Source: a virus
Lineage: Duplodnaviria > Caudoviricetes
IMG/VR virus record: IMGVR_UViG_3300033068_000943
Location: 1-64,000 of that record
Strand: one strand, 5' to 3'
Length of the DNA: 64,000 nt
Both the position numbers and the translations under genes were made by a program. The notes beneath the pieces were generated by a model. It was not told the origin of the DNA, did no database searches, and was given only the letters and a program-made list of their open reading frames with translations. Shown here piece after piece: positions 7,806-17,673 of this stretch (position 1 is the first letter of the stretch; each line of letters starts with the position of its first letter).

Positions 7806-10595
7806 CCCGACCACCGGCTTGCCGATCTTGTTGCCCGCATCGGAGCGCGCTGTGTAGAGCTTCTGCATAAGACGCAGGGCGTCCACCTGTTTCATCGGAT
7901 CGGTTTCGGTGTAGAGCTTCATCAAGTCCGTGTTGCGCCGGGCATTGATCGACCGCGCTGCGGCCTCTTGCGCGAGCCGGATCAGCGGGTTGCCCCACGT
8001 TAGCGGGTTCAGCATCGACGCCTCGAATTGGGGCGCCCAGTTCAACTCGTCGATGGCTTCACGCAGCGGCGTCGTCTGCGACCCAAATTGCGATTGGTAC
8101 GTCTTGTGGAACGCCTTTTCGGCATCGATCACACGGAAGAACGCGGGCGCATCCTCACCAAGCACTTGACCAAGAATTTTTCGGGCCGCCGGCAACGAAA
8201 GCTGCTGAACAAGGTTGTGGGTTTCACCCTTGTTGAGAATGCGGTCGGAGATCGCCCGCACGAGCCCCACCTTGAACAACTCGACACGCGCCTGCGTGGC
8301 CGCCAACATGGCTTGCGCGTGCTCGACGTCGGCGAGTTGAGCCGTGGTTGGCTTTTTCTGCGCAGACTCCGCCTTGGCGACCGCGGCCAGCGCCTTTTTC
8401 AAGTCCCGCTCGGCCTTAGAGACAGCTTTTTGCGCGTCGGTGAAAAACGCCAGCCGCTCGCGCGTCCCTGAATTGAGGGACATCGCCATCTTGGACCCCG
8501 CCTCAAGCGCCTCCTTGGCGGCGGCGCCTTCCCGGTAGAGATCATTCGCCATCTTCCATTGCGGGTTGGAGACGGCCACCGCATCGGACAACTCGCGATA
8601 CAACTCGGTGAGCTTGGCGTGAACTGGCGAGCCGGGCTTGGCGTCATCGATCATCTGCTTGATGTTCTGCCGCGCGTCGATGAACTCCTGCAACGACTGC
8701 GGCGGACGCGGCGTGAACCCGGGCTTGCCGGTGCCGAACCCCAACTGCTGCGCTGCCTCCATCTCTGTGCGGGCAGTCACGCCGACATCACTTAAGTCGC
8801 GAAGCATCTGATATTTATTATTTATTGCTTCGAGCATGTCCGAATCTTCGAGGCGGACCACCTTGTTGCCGCGAATATCGTTGTCGAGCGCATCAATGAA
8901 TTCATTGATGGTCGTCCGCGAGACCACGGGGCGCCCGTTATCGTCCACCATGCCAGGGAAGAAACCCGCATGCTGTGCCCGAAGCGCCATATCATCAAGG
9001 TTGCTGCCGCTCTTGGGGCGCAACATGCCGCGCGGCGCGTGCCCCCCGAACACATTGGCGATATCACCTCCCGGATCACGCAGCCCACCGTTGGCAACAA
9101 CCCATTGCGACAGCGTTTGCGGCGACTTCATGGGGCGATTGGCGTATCGCCACATCTCCATCATCACTTCGCGCTCCGCGAGCGGAAGCTCGGCGGCTTC
9201 CGTGCGTCCGAGCGCCGAGACGCCGCGAGTCGTCGGCTCCTTGATCGTGAAATCGCTGATCGCCTTGTTGATCGCCTCCGGGACGGGGCCGCGGCGGTTG
9301 CCGAAATCGGCCTGATACTTCTGGATCACCGGCATCAGATCAAACGGCTCTTCTCGTGCCTTCGCCGCGCCGTAGCCGCGCGACGCAGCGCTTGCCATGT
9401 CATCGGAATGCCGGGCTGCCGCCGCATCAAAATCCGTCGTTCCGACAAACCGCGATAGCAGATCGTGCAGACGGCTGCCGGAGCCGACCTGACGCTCAAA
9501 CAGGGCTTCCCTGCCAATCGATGCCGGCTCGCCCTGCGTTGCTGCCGCGGCGCGCATCGCTAGGTTCGTGTTCGTGCCGCCGCCGGGACGCGCCATGGCG
9601 ACACGATCCGGAAGCATCGCCGGCCCGAGATAACGCTGCTCAAGCTCGCTCAGAAGCGTTCGAACCGCCTGCTCGCCGGGGCCGTCTCCACCGCTTGCCG
9701 CCTTCATGGCAGCGCTGATCTCGGCTGCGCTTTCGTTGTTGGCCGCGCGACGAACGACTTCCTCCACGTGCTCGCGCGTGATTGGCTGGCGCGCGCCCGT
9801 GGCGTCGCCCCAGAACCGCCGCGCGATGCCACCCTTGGCAATGTCCGTGTGCGAGGGGAATTCTTCGTAAATTTTTTCCAAAATCTGCTGCGGCGTGACG
9901 CGGTCCTGCTCCATCTTGCGGGTCGCGAGATGGAGCGCGCCTTGTCCGTGGTCGGCCGTTTCGGCCTGAGACAGTGCCCGCAACCCGCCGATCGACTGCC
10001 CGGCACGATAGAGCCCGTGCCCAACCGCTCCAAGTCCGCCGCCGAACACAGTTCCAAGCGCAGCGTCTTTCACGGCGCCAGCGCCGCGCTTCTGGATCGC
10101 GTCAGACCACGTGTCCGTGTCCTTGACGTCAGCGTGTCCGGACCCCGACAGACCTCCATAGACCGCGCCGAGCTTGGCGCCCTGACCAATTGCTTGGCCG
10201 GCGGTGACGATCTCGCCGGGCGCAAGAGCGCTTCGCACAAGACCAAGCCCGCGATTGACAAGCTGCGCTCCACGTCCAGCCGCCGCCGCCTGCGTGGCGC
10301 CCGTTGGAAGCAGCGCCGCGCCAATCATCGGCACAGCGCCGCCGATCACCTCGCCGAAAAAATGCGCCCATGGGTTGGCTTTGCGCGACGCCTCCCGGTG
10401 CTCCTTCGACACGCCGAGTTTGTCATCGTAGCCGAAACTTAACCCCTCGCTCACGCCCCGCAGAACACTTTCTCCGACGCCTGGGGCGTCGGGAGCGGTG
10501 TATTTCGCGAACGGGTCACTGCTGGCATCGCGCGGCTGAGCGCCGCCCCGCTCCATCTGCGCCGCGTACCTAGCAAACGGGTCATCGTCAGCCAT
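7716..10595 (-). CDS. Large putative DNA ejection/internal virion protein
   Basis: 959 aa, Ala/Gly-rich and helical; MADDDPFARY start; GSQTT motif near the C-terminus; position in the ejection-protein cluster. Confidence 0.65.
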   Translation of the reverse strand: MADDDPFARYAAQMERGGAQPRDASSDPFAKYTAPDAPGVGESVLRGVSEGLSFGYDDKLGVSKEHREASRKANPWAHFFGEVIGGAVPMIGAALLPTGATQAAAAGRGAQLVNRGLGLVRSALAPGEIVTAGQAIGQGAKLGAVYGGLSGSGHADVKDTDTWSDAIQKRGAGAVKDAALGTVFGGGLGAVGHGLYRAGQSIGGLRALSQAETADHGQGALHLATRKMEQDRVTPQQILEKIYEEFPSHTDIAKGGIARRFWGDATGARQPITREHVEEVVRRAANNESAAEISAAMKAASGGDGPGEQAVRTLLSELEQRYLGPAMLPDRVAMARPGGGTNTNLAMRAAAATQGEPASIGREALFERQVGSGSRLHDLLSRFVGTTDFDAAAARHSDDMASAASRGYGAAKAREEPFDLMPVIQKYQADFGNRRGPVPEAINKAISDFTIKEPTTRGVSALGRTEAAELPLAEREVMMEMWRYANRPMKSPQTLSQWVVANGGLRDPGGDIANVFGGHAPRGMLRPKSGSNLDDMALRAQHAGFFPGMVDDNGRPVVSRTTINEFIDALDNDIRGNKVVRLEDSDMLEAINNKYQMLRDLSDVGVTARTEMEAAQQLGFGTGKPGFTPRPPQSLQEFIDARQNIKQMIDDAKPGSPVHAKLTELYRELSDAVAVSNPQWKMANDLYREGAAAKEALEAGSKMAMSLNSGTRERLAFFTDAQKAVSKAERDLKKALAAVAKAESAQKKPTTAQLADVEHAQAMLAATQARVELFKVGLVRAISDRILNKGETHNLVQQLSLPAARKILGQVLGEDAPAFFRVIDAEKAFHKTYQSQFGSQTTPLREAIDELNWAPQFEASMLNPLTWGNPLIRLAQEAAARSINARRNTDLMKLYTETDPMKQVDALRLMQKLYTARSDAGNKIGKPVVGSAGVLPHATNHFATAEPPRANTTLKPYRQ

Positions 10596-11779
10596 CAGGG
10601 CGCCTCCACCGGGTCAAGGCCAAACAGCCTGCGAAGCAGATTGTGCGGAGCGTGTGGGTTCACGCTATTCGGCGGCGCGAGCGGTGGCGACGGTGGTGCC
10701 GCCCGTTGCTCGGCTTGCCGCATTTCGATCAGATGCTCCGCAAGTCCGGGTTTCCCAGAATTGAAGTGTCGATTGAATGAGTCGACGTGTTTCGGGCTAC
10801 CCGCGTTCCGCAACAACTCATCGATCGCTTCGACAGGCGGAACCGGCGGCGGGCTCGCTTTCGGCGCCGTCCCCGCCTGTTCGCGCGGAATGCCGGTCAC
10901 ATACGGCGAGTCGTCCCCCATGGGCGTTGTGGCATACTCCCGAACGGCCGCCACGTCGCGTGGATGCATCGGTCGCGGCGGCAACTCGAACCCATGCGGC
11001 AGTCCGCCCTTGTCGCGAATGAGCTGCTTGGCCGATTGCAGGATGGCCAGAGCTTGCGTTGGCGTCTTCGCCTTTATGAATTCACCCATCGCTTCCTTGA
11101 AGTTGGCATCTTGCGCGTCCGAACCACTCCCCTTGGAACTGCCCGGCATCTCTCGATAAAGCGCCGTCATCTTCGCAATGTCGTGCTCCAGCATGCGGTG
11201 GAATGCCTGACCACCCTGATTCATCCATCCCGTCGCAAACTGGACGGACGGCAACGAATTGTACTCACCCGTTGCGGCGTTGAACGCCTTCGGCGCGTGA
11301 TCCATCCACGCCATCACCTTCTGCTCAAGCTCGTCCATGGCCGCGTAGACGCGCGTGCCAGCCGCCTGCTTCTGTTGAAGGATGCCCGCATCCTCTCCAG
11401 CCTTCTGCGCCTGCACTTTCCGCGCAATCGCGGTCGGGTCTTGCTCGAAACGGGCCTTTCCAGCCGCCTCCAGCGTGCGGTTGCCGGACAGCGCCCCCCA
11501 TTCCATCATCCTTTGTGCGCGATGCGCGTCCGCCGACAGCGGCAGCATGCTGGCGTCCGGCGCATGCGGCTGCGGGTTCATTTGCCCAGGCGTGCTTCCC
11601 GGCGGCATGCCGCCGGGCGTGGCCAGCGGCGCCCCAACCGGCGGTGGCGGCGGCTGATCTGCGCCCGGAGTCGCTTTCGGGCCGCCGTACTTCGATGCCA
11701 TGAACGCTTGGATTTGCATCGTCGGCATGCCGTCCGGAAAGGAGTATTTGACCCCATCCGGGCCATAGATGTCCGGCAT
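10595..11779 (-). CDS. Putative ejection/internal virion protein
   Basis: 394 aa, N-terminal GPDGVKYSFPDG, Pro-rich; coupled to both neighbours. Confidence 0.6.
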   Translation of the reverse strand: MPDIYGPDGVKYSFPDGMPTMQIQAFMASKYGGPKATPGADQPPPPPVGAPLATPGGMPPGSTPGQMNPQPHAPDASMLPLSADAHRAQRMMEWGALSGNRTLEAAGKARFEQDPTAIARKVQAQKAGEDAGILQQKQAAGTRVYAAMDELEQKVMAWMDHAPKAFNAATGEYNSLPSVQFATGWMNQGGQAFHRMLEHDIAKMTALYREMPGSSKGSGSDAQDANFKEAMGEFIKAKTPTQALAILQSAKQLIRDKGGLPHGFELPPRPMHPRDVAAVREYATTPMGDDSPYVTGIPREQAGTAPKASPPPVPPVEAIDELLRNAGSPKHVDSFNRHFNSGKPGLAEHLIEMRQAEQRAAPPSPPLAPPNSVNPHAPHNLLRRLFGLDPVEAP

Positions 11780-13998
11780 TATTGCGCCCCCCGCTGCTTG
11801 AAGCCGCCCGTGGCTGGGTCATAATCATAGCCGCTTGGCGTTGGCGGCAGACGGTCACGGTTGATCGCACGCATCTTCTCGGCCTCTTGCGGCGCCAACA
11901 CGCCCGTAGCAACGCCGGTCTGAATCATCTGTTCCCATTCCTGCTGGCGCTTCTCCGTTGCCGTGCGGCGCGCTTGATCCGCCTCGGCCTCCAACAGCCG
12001 CTTCTTAGCGTCCTCGCTACCGGCCTCCATCTGTTTGATGTGTGCCGGGTTCTGCGCCTCTTGCACGGCAACCTGCCGCCCCGCGATGGTCGGCACGCCG
12101 TTGATCTTGCCGGTGGCAAGCGCCGCCTCTTGCGCCATGCGTTGCGCGTCGAGCGTCGGCTTGCCGTCGATCATGCCTTTGAGGCGAGCCACCTCGTTGG
12201 CGATGCGCTGTTCCTCAAGGCGCGACTGATTCCACGCCATGATGTTGTTGGCAAAGCCGTTCATCGGCCCGTTCATCGTCGGGCTCTGCACCGACATCAA
12301 GCCGATGCCGAACCGCTGCATCGGCGTTGGCGCTTGCCCCTCCCAGATGCCGCCCTTGAGAAACTGGCCACCTCCGAACAACCGATCGAAGATGCCGGGC
12401 TGCTGCGTCGCTTGAGCCGGCGGCCCTTGCGGAGCCGGCGCCGGGAATGCCGACCCGGCTAGCGATGAAGCGGGCGCGTAGGGGACGCCGCCGAGAGGCT
12501 GCACAGGCACATCGCGGACCCCCGCTCCATAGGGCGTGAGCGCAGCCGGCCCACGCTCGAACACAGGCTGCCCGTCGCCATCCCATCCAGGCGATCCGCC
12601 ATCGGCGAACCCCCGCGGCGTAGCCATCGCCGCCGTGCTTTGCGACAGACCGGACAGCATCGCACCAAGACCAGCCTGTTGCGCGCCGAGCATATCGCCG
12701 CCGCCCTGCCCCCCTCCTTGCCCGCCACCCTGTCCGCCCATCTTGGACAAGCCTTGGCCAAATGCCTTCATGTCGAACCCGCCGCTTGCCGCCGCCTCCG
12801 GCGCAACCGTCGTCACCCATGAACCAATCGGACCACCCGCAGAGTATTCCCGCAGCGGAACACCGCCCCCCGTCGCCTTGGCCAGCATGCCGCGCACGGC
12901 CGTAAACGCCTTTGCCAGCCGCTCATGCGGGTCGTTTTCGCCAGAATCGTATGCAGACATGCCGACACTACCCCCCCCGGAGCGACGCGGCTCGCGCTCG
13001 GCATGGCGCGTCGCCTGATCGTAGTCGACAACCTTGATACCATCGACGGACCCGACCGCCTCCGGCATATGGTGCTCGACGTCCTGCGCCATCAGACCAA
13101 TCTGCGTCTGAGGCGAGCCCTTATAGTTGAACTTGTAGATAGGCTGTCCGTCATACGTCTCACCGATCGGCTTGATATTGTCCTTGATGCGCGCGTCACT
13201 GCCCATGGCCGCCATTGCCGCGCCGAATAGCCCGGCGCCGACGCTGAATGGAGATGGCGTCGCCGTCATCGTGCCGGTGCCCGTCGACGTCCCCGTCGTG
13301 CTTCCGGATGCCGACGTTCCGGAGAACGGCGACAACTGCGCCAGCGTTTGCGCGCCCTGTTGCGTCAACTGGTAGGGCAGCAGATTGCCTTGCTGCTGAT
13401 TGGCTTGGAGTTGCGAGCCCTGATTGAACTGCTGGCCGATCAGATTGCCGGCCGCGCCGATTCCTTGGAGCTGCATGCCGGCGCTGGTGCGCGCCAAGTC
13501 AGCCGCCGTGCTGAACCCTTGGTTGCGCAAGTTGGCGATCATCGGCAGTTGCGTGCGATTGGCGCTCTCCATCGCCAATTGCCGCGCCACGAGCGGTTGC
13601 GTCCCCGAAAGCGCGCCGAGTTTTGCGGCGTTGGCATTCACGCCGGCAAACTGCCGGGCATTCTGCGTGTTGAAGTCGGCCATCGTCGAATCGATGACCT
13701 GTTGCTGGTACGGGCTCTGAAACATCGCGATCCGGTTCGGATCGAGCCCGTTGGCCCCGATGTTGAGCGCCGTGTTGAGCAATGGTTGATTTTGACCGAT
13801 GGCCCCCGTCTGCCACTGGTTCGGCGCCGCCCATGCATTGGCGAAATTGGCCGGCGTGAACTGTCCAGCCACCGTGTCGGCGTAACTTTGGATGCGCGGC
13901 GTGAGGCCAAAGCTGCCTTGATTCTCGCTCGTGCCGCTCTGCTCGCTTTGCTGATCCTGCGTGCGCGAGTCGCCAAAAATGTTGGAAAACCACGACAT
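11779..13998 (-). CDS. Putative DNA transfer/pilot protein with internal peptidase S74 (intramolecular chaperone) domain
   Basis: FQSPYQQQVID; SDARIKDNIKPIG...IYKFNYK..IGLMAQDVE..PEAV..VVDYD. Confidence 0.7.
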   Translation of the reverse strand: MSWFSNIFGDSRTQDQQSEQSGTSENQGSFGLTPRIQSYADTVAGQFTPANFANAWAAPNQWQTGAIGQNQPLLNTALNIGANGLDPNRIAMFQSPYQQQVIDSTMADFNTQNARQFAGVNANAAKLGALSGTQPLVARQLAMESANRTQLPMIANLRNQGFSTAADLARTSAGMQLQGIGAAGNLIGQQFNQGSQLQANQQQGNLLPYQLTQQGAQTLAQLSPFSGTSASGSTTGTSTGTGTMTATPSPFSVGAGLFGAAMAAMGSDARIKDNIKPIGETYDGQPIYKFNYKGSPQTQIGLMAQDVEHHMPEAVGSVDGIKVVDYDQATRHAEREPRRSGGGSVGMSAYDSGENDPHERLAKAFTAVRGMLAKATGGGVPLREYSAGGPIGSWVTTVAPEAAASGGFDMKAFGQGLSKMGGQGGGQGGGQGGGDMLGAQQAGLGAMLSGLSQSTAAMATPRGFADGGSPGWDGDGQPVFERGPAALTPYGAGVRDVPVQPLGGVPYAPASSLAGSAFPAPAPQGPPAQATQQPGIFDRLFGGGQFLKGGIWEGQAPTPMQRFGIGLMSVQSPTMNGPMNGFANNIMAWNQSRLEEQRIANEVARLKGMIDGKPTLDAQRMAQEAALATGKINGVPTIAGRQVAVQEAQNPAHIKQMEAGSEDAKKRLLEAEADQARRTATEKRQQEWEQMIQTGVATGVLAPQEAEKMRAINRDRLPPTPSGYDYDPATGGFKQRGAQ

Positions 13999-14495
13999 TA
14001 TCGCATCCTTTCAGCGGTGCACGTCCAGGCATGGCCCATCGGATCACCCAACGCGCGCGTCATCAGCCGGGATTGCGCCTCGGTGCGACGCCCGGCTGGA
14101 AGCTCAAAACGCACATCGAGACCAAGCCCATCCGGAGCCGGCTTTGCCAATGCCTTGGCCCACGCGATCATGTCTTGCTGGTGAAGGGAGCGGCGATGCT
14201 CCGGCATCACGAAGCACCACGCGACATGCAGAAACGGCACGTCGCACAGAATTGGCCGTTGCTCCACGACACAGATCGACCCCTCGACGCGCTCCTGCCC
14301 GGCGATGGCGATAATGGCCGTCTCGTTCGACTCGCGCGGGTTGAAGGCGCGCGACATCAACCCCTGCAATCGCACAGCGGAGAATTCGCCGCGTCCCACC
14401 TCATTGTGGTACGCCCGGCAAATCTCAATGATGTCCCGCGCGTCGCGCTCATTCGCGATGCGGATACGGCTCGGGTCGGGGCGCCCGGTCATCAT
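13998..14495 (-). CDS. GNAT-like acetyltransferase-fold protein
   Basis: IRIANERDARDI...WCFVMPEHRRS; typical location after tail genes. Confidence 0.55.
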   Translation of the reverse strand: MMTGRPDPSRIRIANERDARDIIEICRAYHNEVGRGEFSAVRLQGLMSRAFNPRESNETAIIAIAGQERVEGSICVVEQRPILCDVPFLHVAWCFVMPEHRRSLHQQDMIAWAKALAKPAPDGLGLDVRFELPAGRRTEAQSRLMTRALGDPMGHAWTCTAERMR

Positions 14496-14502
14496 GCGTC
14501 AA

Positions 14503-17352
14503 TCACCCCTTGCTCGGCGGCGGCAGCTTGGACAGCGTATCGATGTGCTGCTTGCGCAGCGCGAGCACCAGCTTGTCGAGCGTCTTATGACCGCGCGCCA
14601 TGTCGCCTTGCCCGATCTGCAATACCTGCTCCGGGCTCAGCACGAATTCCCCGTCGCTGATCTTGATCGGCACCGGAGCGCTCCCGCCAGACGCCATTGC
14701 GGCGTGCGGCGACGGCTTGCCAAATGTCGCCTCCAGCCGCTTCATGCCAGCGCCCGTGTTGCCTTCGCCGAGGCTCGACACAATATCGGCCGGGACCACG
14801 AACGAACCGGCCGGGACCGAGATCGGCAGCGCATCCTCGCGACCCCCCGTCTCGCCCATAACTGGGCCGACATGCACCGCCCCGCCGTGCGTGTACCCCC
14901 GCGCGACGTCGAGCCCCATCTGCACCGCGCCGCCGGTTTGGCGCTCGGGAAGCTTCGCGCCCGCGGTTGCCGGCGTCGCCGGGGCGTCGATGGGCGGCCC
15001 ACTCAAAAACCGCCCATCGGCGGCGTGATAACGCCCCGTCGATGGATTGAACCCAACAGCGTCCTTCGGCCGTGCCGGATGGCTCATGTGGGGATGATTG
15101 CGCTCCTTCTCCCCAGGAACGAAGGTCGGGCCGCCACGAACAACCGGCGGCAAACGGTCCTGATTGCGCGGAGGCGCGATCAGCGTCGGGCCGCGCGAAC
15201 CGATGTTCACTGTTTGATCAGTCTGTCCAGACCGCAGCCCGCCACCTATATTGTCTCCAGGCGATGGACTCGCCGGCCGCAAAGGAGCCCCCGATGTCGA
15301 AATTGAACTTTGATGCGATCCGGGCAACAGCGCAGGATGTGCCGGAGCCCCCACAGGCAGAGCCGGAGAAGGCAAAGCGATATCGCCCGTACCGACACTT
15401 GACCGAGGATCAGATGCTCCGGTTGGAAGCCGCGCTTGGTCCCGAGTTCCAAGAACACCTTCGGAAAGCTTGCGAGTTGCAAGAGCGCTATCCTTGGCTG
15501 CGCTAGCCTTCGCCATTTCCTTGAAATAGCTCTCCGCAGCAGCCCCGGGGATTGCCGCGCCAGTCCTGATCGGCGCCAGCACCAAAGAGCGGGTCGCGTC
15601 CGGAATGAACGAGCCCAGAATTCCAGCCGATGCCCCTTCAACGGCGCTCGTGCCGAGCCGCTTCATCATCCCGACAGGATCGGTGAACTCCCGCCACGCC
15701 TCCTGCTGCACGGGGTTCATCCGCGGGAACATCTTTTCATCCGCAGCGTACCCCGCATACTCCGCCTTTCGCGGATGCTCTGGCGGCAACTCTCTTGCGT
15801 AAGCCTCGACGGCCTCCCGTTGAGGATTGAGGCGAGGGGCGCTGAATGCATCATAAGCCAGCGGGGCATTGATCGCCGCGAAAGCCAGCCCCGTACCCTC
15901 GGCAGCCGGAACGCCCAACCTTCTGAGTGCCGACGCCCCTTCGTCGAACCCCTTGAGTCCATGCACAACGCCGCCGCCAAGACCAGCGATGAACGGAAGC
16001 AGGCCGCCGGATTTCTCGTAAAGACGCCCGACGTCCGACGTGGCAAATCTGACATCCTTCTTCAATGCCTCGTCACGCGCAGCAACGGCGCGCGCGACAG
16101 CCGCGTCATATTCTCGCTGCCGGCTGGCTTTCGCCTCGGCATCTCCCTCCGCCTCCAGAACCTTTTGCCGCCCCAACACCTTCGCCATTTCCAGCATGAA
16201 ATCACGCTGGATCGACATGAGAAGCTGTTGCTCTTCCCGCTCCGCGCGCGTCAAGCCCTGCTTCGTGCTTTTGCGCTCAAGAGAGCGCAGTCGGTTTGTC
16301 TGGGCACCAGTCAAACCATCCGCTCCAGCCCCTTGAGCGCCCGCCTTGCTGATCAAGGCGTCCAGAACGCCCGCATCCTTTGCCGCCGCTGCGCCGTAAG
16401 CCGCCCCAAGCATCTTAAGCCCATGAACAGGCTTGCCGAACGTCAGTGCCGTCTCCCACGCGGCGTTGCCAAAATTGGCAATCGACGGGTCGTGCGCAGC
16501 CTCGCCAAGGGCTTCGCCAGCGCGGATTGGTTGCTTGATGATCTCCGTAGCGATCTTTGCCGGTAGCGGGCCATAGTCGAGCGCTGCCGAGCCGGCCCGT
16601 TCCGGCAGCGGCCGAACGCGATCATACCGCCCAGCCGATCGCGCTTCGGGAGCCGAGCCGCGAAGATCAAAGGGGCTCGCGACATCCATATCGGAGCGCC
16701 AATCCGCCCCGCCGCCGTCCGCATACCCGCGAACCGCTCCGCCAGCAGCACGGCGCAGCCGGCTGGCTGCCGCCAGAGCCTTGTCGATCGATCCCTTGTT
16801 GGTCCCGGTCACGTCAACGCTCCCGCCCGTTGCGAAGCCCTTGCGCAAATCTCCAGCCGGCCTCTTGGTGTCGCCGGAGGCCAGCCACTCACGAAACGCG
16901 GGAACCGTCATTTCGGTCACGGCGCCGATACGGTCGCGACCCTTTCCGTCCGAAAATGCCCGCTCATAATCGGCAAGAGCGGCTGATTTGGACGAATACG
17001 ACAGCATGCACTTGTGCTCGTCGAACCGCCGGGACGCGGCATCGACCTGATCGACAACGAACACCTTGTCGCTGGCGTGGTCGGGGCCGATGTAGACATC
17101 GACATGATCCCCGTCACGCCCCTGCGTGCCCCTCACATAGCCGTAGTGCGCGGGCATCCGCACCGACCACCGCTTGCCACCCTTATCGACACCCGAGCGT
17201 GTGGACCCCTTCGGGTTTTCAAGCGAAACGCCAAGCCCGTGGATACGCAATCTGCCTTTCGCATAATTGCCAGATTCGATCTGCGCTTCGCTAGGTTTTT
17301 TCGCAGTCTGCGCAGCCGCAACCCGAAGAGCCGCTTCGATTTCCTTGCTCAT
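14503..17352 (-). CDS. Polyvalent virion protein with N-terminal InPase (inorganic pyrophosphatase-like) domain
   Basis: SEAQIESGNYAKG..ENPKGSTRSG..HYGYVRGTQGRDGDHVDVYIG..VVDQ..FDEHKCML; C-terminal GGREDALP..DGEFVL domain. Confidence 0.75.
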   Translation of the reverse strand: MSKEIEAALRVAAAQTAKKPSEAQIESGNYAKGRLRIHGLGVSLENPKGSTRSGVDKGGKRWSVRMPAHYGYVRGTQGRDGDHVDVYIGPDHASDKVFVVDQVDAASRRFDEHKCMLSYSSKSAALADYERAFSDGKGRDRIGAVTEMTVPAFREWLASGDTKRPAGDLRKGFATGGSVDVTGTNKGSIDKALAAASRLRRAAGGAVRGYADGGGADWRSDMDVASPFDLRGSAPEARSAGRYDRVRPLPERAGSAALDYGPLPAKIATEIIKQPIRAGEALGEAAHDPSIANFGNAAWETALTFGKPVHGLKMLGAAYGAAAAKDAGVLDALISKAGAQGAGADGLTGAQTNRLRSLERKSTKQGLTRAEREEQQLLMSIQRDFMLEMAKVLGRQKVLEAEGDAEAKASRQREYDAAVARAVAARDEALKKDVRFATSDVGRLYEKSGGLLPFIAGLGGGVVHGLKGFDEGASALRRLGVPAAEGTGLAFAAINAPLAYDAFSAPRLNPQREAVEAYARELPPEHPRKAEYAGYAADEKMFPRMNPVQQEAWREFTDPVGMMKRLGTSAVEGASAGILGSFIPDATRSLVLAPIRTGAAIPGAAAESYFKEMAKASAAKDSALATRKLSEGVLGTRDQARLPTGASDPRSSVGTGDIALPSPALPVGAPAHPALLPGSHQSSISTSGAPLRPASPSPGDNIGGGLRSGQTDQTVNIGSRGPTLIAPPRNQDRLPPVVRGGPTFVPGEKERNHPHMSHPARPKDAVGFNPSTGRYHAADGRFLSGPPIDAPATPATAGAKLPERQTGGAVQMGLDVARGYTHGGAVHVGPVMGETGGREDALPISVPAGSFVVPADIVSSLGEGNTGAGMKRLEATFGKPSPHAAMASGGSAPVPIKISDGEFVLSPEQVLQIGQGDMARGHKTLDKLVLALRKQHIDTLSKLPPPSKG
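15294..15506 (+). CDS. Putative nested antisense gene, 70 aa
   Basis: AAGGAG 6 nt before ATG; TATATT upstream; helical-looking product; host frame here reads as a Pro/Ser-rich linker. Confidence 0.5.
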   Translation: MSKLNFDAIRATAQDVPEPPQAEPEKAKRYRPYRHLTEDQMLRLEAALGPEFQEHLRKACELQERYPWLR

Positions 17353-17358
17353 GCGACC

Positions 17359-17673
17359 CTACAGCGGGTTGAAGATGGCATAGGAGTAAGTCTCCGTTCC
17401 CGCAGCGGGCGCCCCTGACGACGTGTAGACCGTGAACGAGCCGGACCCCGAAACAACGTAGACCGCCAAGCTTCCCGCCGACGCCGACGTCGGCTGTAAC
17501 GTCACGATGCTCGACGACGTGCATGCAGACTCGGTCACGGCCGTCGACGCCGCAGCGCTGAGCGTGAAGCTCCCCGTGTGCCGCGGAAACAGGTTCGTAA
17601 TCACGTCGACGAGCTTGGCCATGAGCTGATTGCCCATCTGGAGCCGCGTCGAGACATCGTCCATCCCAGCCAT
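17359..17673 (-). CDS. Small virion/tail protein
   Basis: Ser/Thr/Ala-rich beta-type sequence; coupled to the upstream tail gene. Confidence 0.6.
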   Translation of the reverse strand: MAGMDDVSTRLQMGNQLMAKLVDVITNLFPRHTGSFTLSAAASTAVTESACTSSSIVTLQPTSASAGSLAVYVVSGSGSFTVYTSSGAPAAGTETYSYAIFNPL

